DNA from: a virus
Taxonomy: Duplodnaviria; Caudoviricetes
Reading direction: 5' to 3' (one strand)
Length of the DNA stretch: 64,000 nt
Virus record (IMG/VR): IMGVR_UViG_3300028591_003737
Coordinates: 1-64,000 of that record
In this document: positions 59,466-64,000 of the stretch, in pieces
How the letters are laid out: each line of letters begins with the position of its first letter
How positions within the stretch are numbered: position 1 is the stretch's first letter
Translations under genes and position numbers: made by a program
The notes under the pieces: generated by a model
What the model was told of the DNA's origin: nothing
Database searches by the model: none
Seen by the model: only the letters and a program-made list of their open reading frames with translations

Positions 59466-59865
59466 GATAACATTTAGCAATTTTTAAATTATTTGTATCT
59501 GTTTCTTGTAAATTATTATAAATTGTTATATATGCATTAGCAAGATTATAATACTCTTCTTGAACCTTCTTAATCTTTTTAATAAGATTTTCCATTATAT
59601 CTTTACTCTTTTCTTTATATAATTCAAGAGCTTGTTCAAGATTAGTAAATATAAATCCACAATCTGTATCATCTAATAATGATTCATGTATAATAAGTGG
59701 ATATGAACAATCTTTTTGTTTAGCTATATATGTACCTTTTATACGTTCATCAGGATGTAAAGGTTCTTCAAGTATATATTCTTCTATTCGAAGATAACCA
59801 GCTGATGTACCTTCATTGATGACATATATTTTATCACTAGCTTTAAGTTCTCTAAACGTTTTCAT
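59452..59865 (-). CDS. Hypothetical protein
   Basis: 137-aa ORF. Confidence 0.55.
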   Translation of the reverse strand: MKTFRELKASDKIYVINEGTSAGYLRIEEYILEEPLHPDERIKGTYIAKQKDCSYPLIIHESLLDDTDCGFIFTNLEQALELYKEKSKDIMENLIKKIKKVQEEYYNLANAYITIYNNLQETDTNNLKIAKCYHEDN

Positions 59866-60262
59866 AATATTTGTTAAAATGACACCAATTTAAAATATCT
59901 TTAACTAATCTATTATATTCTTCTTTAGAAATTTCAACATAATCATCAAAGAAATCACTTACTGAAAGAACAATATTATTTGAATAAGTAAAATTTACAT
60001 CACCAATAGCATAATAATGTAATTTATAACTATTACCTTTTATACAAATAGAATTAATAATATCAACTTTTTTAGGTTTAAATAAAGTTATTGTACCAGT
60101 TCCATCAAATTTTCCACGATAATATTTACCAATACTATCATTCATTTTATTGATTTTATCATTATTAAGTAACTTATTATATTGATAATTTAACTTTTTA
60201 AGTTCTTCAGATTTTTCTTTAATAACATTACTTAATTCATTAATCTGCTCGTTTAACTCCAT
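59852..60262 (-). CDS. Hypothetical protein
   Basis: 136-aa ORF. Confidence 0.55.
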   Translation of the reverse strand: MELNEQINELSNVIKEKSEELKKLNYQYNKLLNNDKINKMNDSIGKYYRGKFDGTGTITLFKPKKVDIINSICIKGNSYKLHYYAIGDVNFTYSNNIVLSVSDFFDDYVEISKEEYNRLVKDILNWCHFNKYYENV

Positions 60263-60440
60263 AAAGCTCTTTATTAATTTCTTGTTTTACATTCTTTTTA
60301 ACAGTAGTTCTAGGTAATGTATTCTCAGCAAAATATTCCCACCAATTACCTACCTTTCTATGATTTTTATCATGAAGATGATAATCTGTTTTCCAAATAC
60401 CACTACCAGGAGTTGTCTTATTTATTCCAAATGGTTTCAT
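60240..60440 (-). CDS. Hypothetical protein
   Basis: Overlapping operon ORF. Confidence 0.5.
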   Translation of the reverse strand: MKPFGINKTTPGSGIWKTDYHLHDKNHRKVGNWWEYFAENTLPRTTVKKNVKQEINKELYGVKRAD

Positions 60441-60922
60441 TCATTATAATATACACGTGTTTTAGAATCTTTATCATAATTCATACAAATATTAAAACCA
60501 ATATAGCATAATCTTATTTCATTATCCTTCTTTGAAATTGGTCTATAATATGTATATATAAATTCATATGCCTTACATCTTCCTAAAACATCTTCATTAT
60601 TACCAGGATCAACAGTAAATACTTCTCCAGACTTTTTAATCCTGTAGTTTGTCTGAACAAGGCGAACTATAAGTTTATGTTCTCGGCCCTTTGTAAATAA
60701 TGTAGGAATATCCTTAACACTATCTACAAAGGGGTTTCTATCAATATATTTTAATTGATCAAGAAAATATAAGTTTTCTCCTTTTTTGTTTTTTCTCATT
60801 AAGAAATTAACAGTAGACTGAAAATCTTCTCCAATTTTCAGTCTCTTATTTTCCTCAATGTTTCTAATAACATTGTTTATCCTTTTATTTACAAAACATT
60901 TAACTTTATTAAAAATCTTCAT
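60437..60922 (-). CDS. Hypothetical protein
   Basis: 161-aa ORF. Confidence 0.55.
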   Translation of the reverse strand: MKIFNKVKCFVNKRINNVIRNIEENKRLKIGEDFQSTVNFLMRKNKKGENLYFLDQLKYIDRNPFVDSVKDIPTLFTKGREHKLIVRLVQTNYRIKKSGEVFTVDPGNNEDVLGRCKAYEFIYTYYRPISKKDNEIRLCYIGFNICMNYDKDSKTRVYYNE

Positions 60923-61143
60923 AATTTATTATAAATAAATTTATCTATAGTAATTAGAAAATTCTTAATGTCAGATAATGAAGTAGTAACATTATTGACA
61001 AAATCTTTATTTTCTAAATATTTTATAATGTTCTCTCTTAGAGATTCTTCATTATAATATAGTTCAACTAAGTCAACTAATGTTTGAATTGGTCCTAATT
61101 TATTTCTTAATTGTGCTGTAATTGTTTCTGGTACCATAATCAA
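60919..61143 (-). CDS. Hypothetical protein
   Basis: 74-aa ORF. Confidence 0.5.
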   Translation of the reverse strand: MIMVPETITAQLRNKLGPIQTLVDLVELYYNEESLRENIIKYLENKDFVNNVTTSLSDIKNFLITIDKFIYNKL

Positions 61144-61481
61144 ACCCTTTGATAAAGTGTTTCAATTTCATAAGGAGTTACATTTTCCAACATTTCTTCA
61201 TTAGTTGCAAGAAGCTGTAAATATTTTTCTTCAATACCAGAATAGTCAATATGACGATAAATATCAGTAAATTCATACATAATAACTTCCTCATCATTTT
61301 CAGTTACATCTCTGAACCAATTAGTAATTTCTACAACAGCATCATCACAACTGTCAATATTACCAGGCCAAAGGCACACGTCACCAATTTCAAACTTAGG
61401 CTTAAGAGTATATACTCTCCTTTGATTAAAAAATAAAGATTTTAATAGTTCAAACATAATATAGGATGTTAAAAAGTTCAA
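61140..61481 (-). CDS. Hypothetical protein (SH3-like PKFEIGD motif)
   Basis: 113-aa ORF. Confidence 0.5.
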   Translation of the reverse strand: MNFLTSYIMFELLKSLFFNQRRVYTLKPKFEIGDVCLWPGNIDSCDDAVVEITNWFRDVTENDEEVIMYEFTDIYRHIDYSGIEEKYLQLLATNEEMLENVTPYEIETLYQRV

Positions 61482-61512
61482 ATGTAATATAGTAATGTTT
61501 TATTATATTTCA

Positions 61513-61543
61513 TAAAAAAAGAGGAATTATTTTCCTCTTTTTT
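61513..61543. terminator. Intrinsic terminator
   Basis: AAAAAAAGAGGAA..TTCCTCTTTTTT. Confidence 0.7.
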
Positions 61544-61546
61544 TAT

Positions 61547-61825
61547 TTATTCTTCTTCATCTGCAACTAGATGAAAACATATACTAGTACTATCTTCAGA
61601 TACACTTATAATATTCCAACCATCATTTATAAAATCTGTAAGAAGATTTTCAATTTTATTTGTATCAAATCCAATAGTTATTTTATCACCAGTAGATTTT
61701 TTTAGAAATTCTGAATCAACTCCATATGAATCTAATATATATTGATGAGAAAATCCAGTATCTTCTTTAATACGTAGTTGTCTATATAACTTTTTAAAAT
61801 TTTTTGATTTATTTGATTTACCCAT
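61547..61825 (-). CDS. Hypothetical protein
   Basis: 92-aa ORF. Confidence 0.55.
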   Translation of the reverse strand: MGKSNKSKNFKKLYRQLRIKEDTGFSHQYILDSYGVDSEFLKKSTGDKITIGFDTNKIENLLTDFINDGWNIISVSEDSTSICFHLVADEEE

Positions 61826-61830
61826 ATTTA

Positions 61831-63027
61831 TTAAATTTTATATGTTATTGGATCAAGTATTTTCTTAGCATAATTAAGTGTAACTTTATACTTAGTTACA
61901 TTCTTAGTAGGTAAACTAAACATAAGTTTAGTCATTAAGTCTTCCATAATAACACGAAGACCACGAGCACCAAGTTTACTAGCAATTGCTCTTTCAACTA
62001 TATAATCAAATACTTTATTTTCAAAGGTTAATTCAATTCCATCAAGAATAAATAACTTCTTATATTGTTTTACAAGAGCATTCTTAGGTTCAGTTAAAAT
62101 TTGACGAAGAGCCTTTTCATCAAGATCATCCATATAAGTAATTACAGGAAGACGACCAATAAGTTCAGGAATAAGACCAAATGATTTCAAATCCATTGGA
62201 GAAACATGTTTAAGAGGATTTTCATTTCCTAAATCTGTCTTTCCAGTATTATTAAAACCAATTGTATGAACATTATATCTTGCTTCAATCTTCTTATCAA
62301 TTCCTTCGAATGCACCACCGCAAATAAAAAGAATATTCTTAGTATTTACATACAAAAGTGGTTGTTCAGGATTCTTTCTACCACCTTGAGGAGGTACACC
62401 AACTACACTACCTTCAATAATCTTAAGAAGAGCTTGCTGTACACCTTCACCAGAAACATCTCTAGTAATAGAAGGATTACCACCCTTTCGACCAATCTTA
62501 TCTATTTCATCAATAAAGACAATACCTTGTTCTGCTCTTTCAATATTATAATCAGCAGCTTGAAGAAGACGAGTCAAAATATTTTCAACATCATCTCCTA
62601 CATAACCAGCCTGAGTTAAAGAAGTACAGTCAACAATAGTAAAAGGAACATCAAGCATCTTAGCAATTGTTCTTGCAATAAGAGTCTTACCAGTACCAGT
62701 TGAACCAATTACTATACAATTAGACTTTTCAATTTCAACATCATCATTGATATTCTGACTTGAAATTCTTTTATAATGATTATAAACTGCTACAGAAATT
62801 CTTTCCTTAGCATTATCTTGACCAATTACATACTGATCAAGAAATTCTTTAATCTGAATTGGCTTAGGAATACCATCAATATTTTTTGCAAAAGCAAATT
62901 CTTTATTTACATTGATATATTGTTTAACAAGTTCAGCACATTCTGAACATATACATGAATCTCCATTACCATATACCATTAATGAAGTTTCACTTTCAGG
63001 CTTTCCACAAAAACTACAATATTTCAT
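61831..63027 (-). CDS. clpX: ATP-dependent Clp protease ATP-binding subunit ClpX
   Basis: CSFCGK zinc finger, [36 protein letters not shown] loop, GARGLR. Confidence 0.96.
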   Translation of the reverse strand: MKYCSFCGKPESETSLMVYGNGDSCICSECAELVKQYINVNKEFAFAKNIDGIPKPIQIKEFLDQYVIGQDNAKERISVAVYNHYKRISSQNINDDVEIEKSNCIVIGSTGTGKTLIARTIAKMLDVPFTIVDCTSLTQAGYVGDDVENILTRLLQAADYNIERAEQGIVFIDEIDKIGRKGGNPSITRDVSGEGVQQALLKIIEGSVVGVPPQGGRKNPEQPLLYVNTKNILFICGGAFEGIDKKIEARYNVHTIGFNNTGKTDLGNENPLKHVSPMDLKSFGLIPELIGRLPVITYMDDLDEKALRQILTEPKNALVKQYKKLFILDGIELTFENKVFDYIVERAIASKLGARGLRVIMEDLMTKLMFSLPTKNVTKYKVTLNYAKKILDPITYKI

Positions 63028-63029
63028 TC

Positions 63030-63707
63030 TTAATCTCCCCAATAATTTGTACCTTTATAAAAATCTTGAATTGCTTTAGCTAATCTTTCTTCATCTCTTT
63101 TCTGTTCTTCACGAGAAGTTTCATCAAGAAGAAGATCTACATAAGGTCTAAAACTATAAACAGAAACCTTATCTTTTTCACGAGATTCATATTTGAAAGC
63201 CCAACCAGTAGCTTTCTTAAAATATTTACTCTTACTTACTTCATCAAAACACATTTCAAGTTGTTTCTCATCAGTTTTATCAGGATTTAAGATACAAACA
63301 TCTCTAATACCTTGTTCACCCTTCTCAGGTTTAAAATCAAAGAAAATACGTCCATCTTTATCCCAAAACTTTCTTGAATCTTCAGCATTCTTTATAGCAT
63401 TCTGAATATACTTTTCTTTATAAGAAGATCTCTTATATTTCTTTTCAGCATATTCAATAGCTTCTTTCTTTATTTGTTCAAGACGTTTTTCAAAATATTC
63501 ATCATTAGCTTTTTTACAAATCTCTTTGTATTCTTTACCAGCAATATCAAGATCTTCTTTCATCATCTTGACAAAATCTTCTTTAGAAAGATTTTCACAA
63601 TCAACATTCTCTCTTCTTACAAGAGTAACAATTCCAGTTTTACCATAATATGAATCTACAATATCAAATTCAATAGATTCATAAATATAATCAGTAATAG
63701 ATTTCAT
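63030..63707 (-). CDS. Leader-tagged protein
   Basis: MKSITDYIYE. Confidence 0.6.
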   Translation of the reverse strand: MKSITDYIYESIEFDIVDSYYGKTGIVTLVRRENVDCENLSKEDFVKMMKEDLDIAGKEYKEICKKANDEYFEKRLEQIKKEAIEYAEKKYKRSSYKEKYIQNAIKNAEDSRKFWDKDGRIFFDFKPEKGEQGIRDVCILNPDKTDEKQLEMCFDEVSKSKYFKKATGWAFKYESREKDKVSVYSFRPYVDLLLDETSREEQKRDEERLAKAIQDFYKGTNYWGD

Positions 63708-63716
63708 ATATATAAA

Positions 63717-63935
63717 TTAATAAATTTCATCTTCAGAAGAATATTCAATATTATTAGCAAGATTTAATAAATCTAAATCACTTGCTTCTGATAGATTAAT
63801 ATAATGTGTCCAACCCAAATGTGTGGTATTCAAATGAATATCAACAAGAGGAGATGGACCAGGATAATCAACTAATTCAAAATGAAATACACCATAAGAT
63901 GTATTTACACTTCTCTCTAAGATGTCATTATTCAT
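63717..63935 (-). CDS. Hypothetical protein
   Basis: Start moved to MNNDIL. Confidence 0.5.
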   Translation of the reverse strand: MNNDILERSVNTSYGVFHFELVDYPGPSPLVDIHLNTTHLGWTHYINLSEASDLDLLNLANNIEYSSEDEIY

Positions 63936-64000
63936 ATTAAAAATTAAAATCAATTTTATATTCAGAAGAATTAGCAATACTTTCTACTTCATCCTGAATT

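Noticed and set aside
7253-64000. TAG-to-Gln recoding as in Lak megaphages
   Set aside because: Very long ORFs are intact in the standard code and no CTA-anticodon tRNA was seen. The TAG stops noticed at 18265 and 59852 are closely followed by TGA/TAA, so recoding is not excluded but has no positive support.

Overview
AT-rich, gene-dense 64-kb segment of a jumbo/mega myophage. It has T4-superfamily-like gp46/gp47, RNase H-like and gp26/gp51-like baseplate hub genes. AT-rich starts without Shine-Dalgarno motifs suggest a Bacteroidota host (inference). ORFs up to 2319 aa are intact in the standard code, so TAG recoding is not evident. Positions 1-6.8 kb are a minus-strand RNA operon: about 30 tRNAs (mostly same-anticodon pairs), an HNH gene, boxA-like sites and many non-tRNA structured RNA cassettes. 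The rest encodes very large putative virion proteins, a tail-fibre-like protein, RecA, NAD-dependent ligase, ClpX, NADAR, PNK 3'-phosphatase, SPFH and many small ORFs. Two systems stand out. (1) A family of tRNA-mimic RNAs shares a conserved AGAGWUACUUC/CUCU..UGUUCU stem and occurs in two circular permutations: Y-RNA (YrlA)-like order, and ordinary tRNA order with the stem replacing the anticodon arm. (2) About 16 unrelated proteins carry an N-terminal leader with Glu at or near residue 10, ten of them followed by KL(H/K)L(N/D)K. The leader resembles the T4 capsid-targeting sequence, and the genes sit behind a putative late-promoter motif shared with structural genes, suggesting a tagged library of capsid-packaged cargo proteins. 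All calls were made by eye with no database searches.
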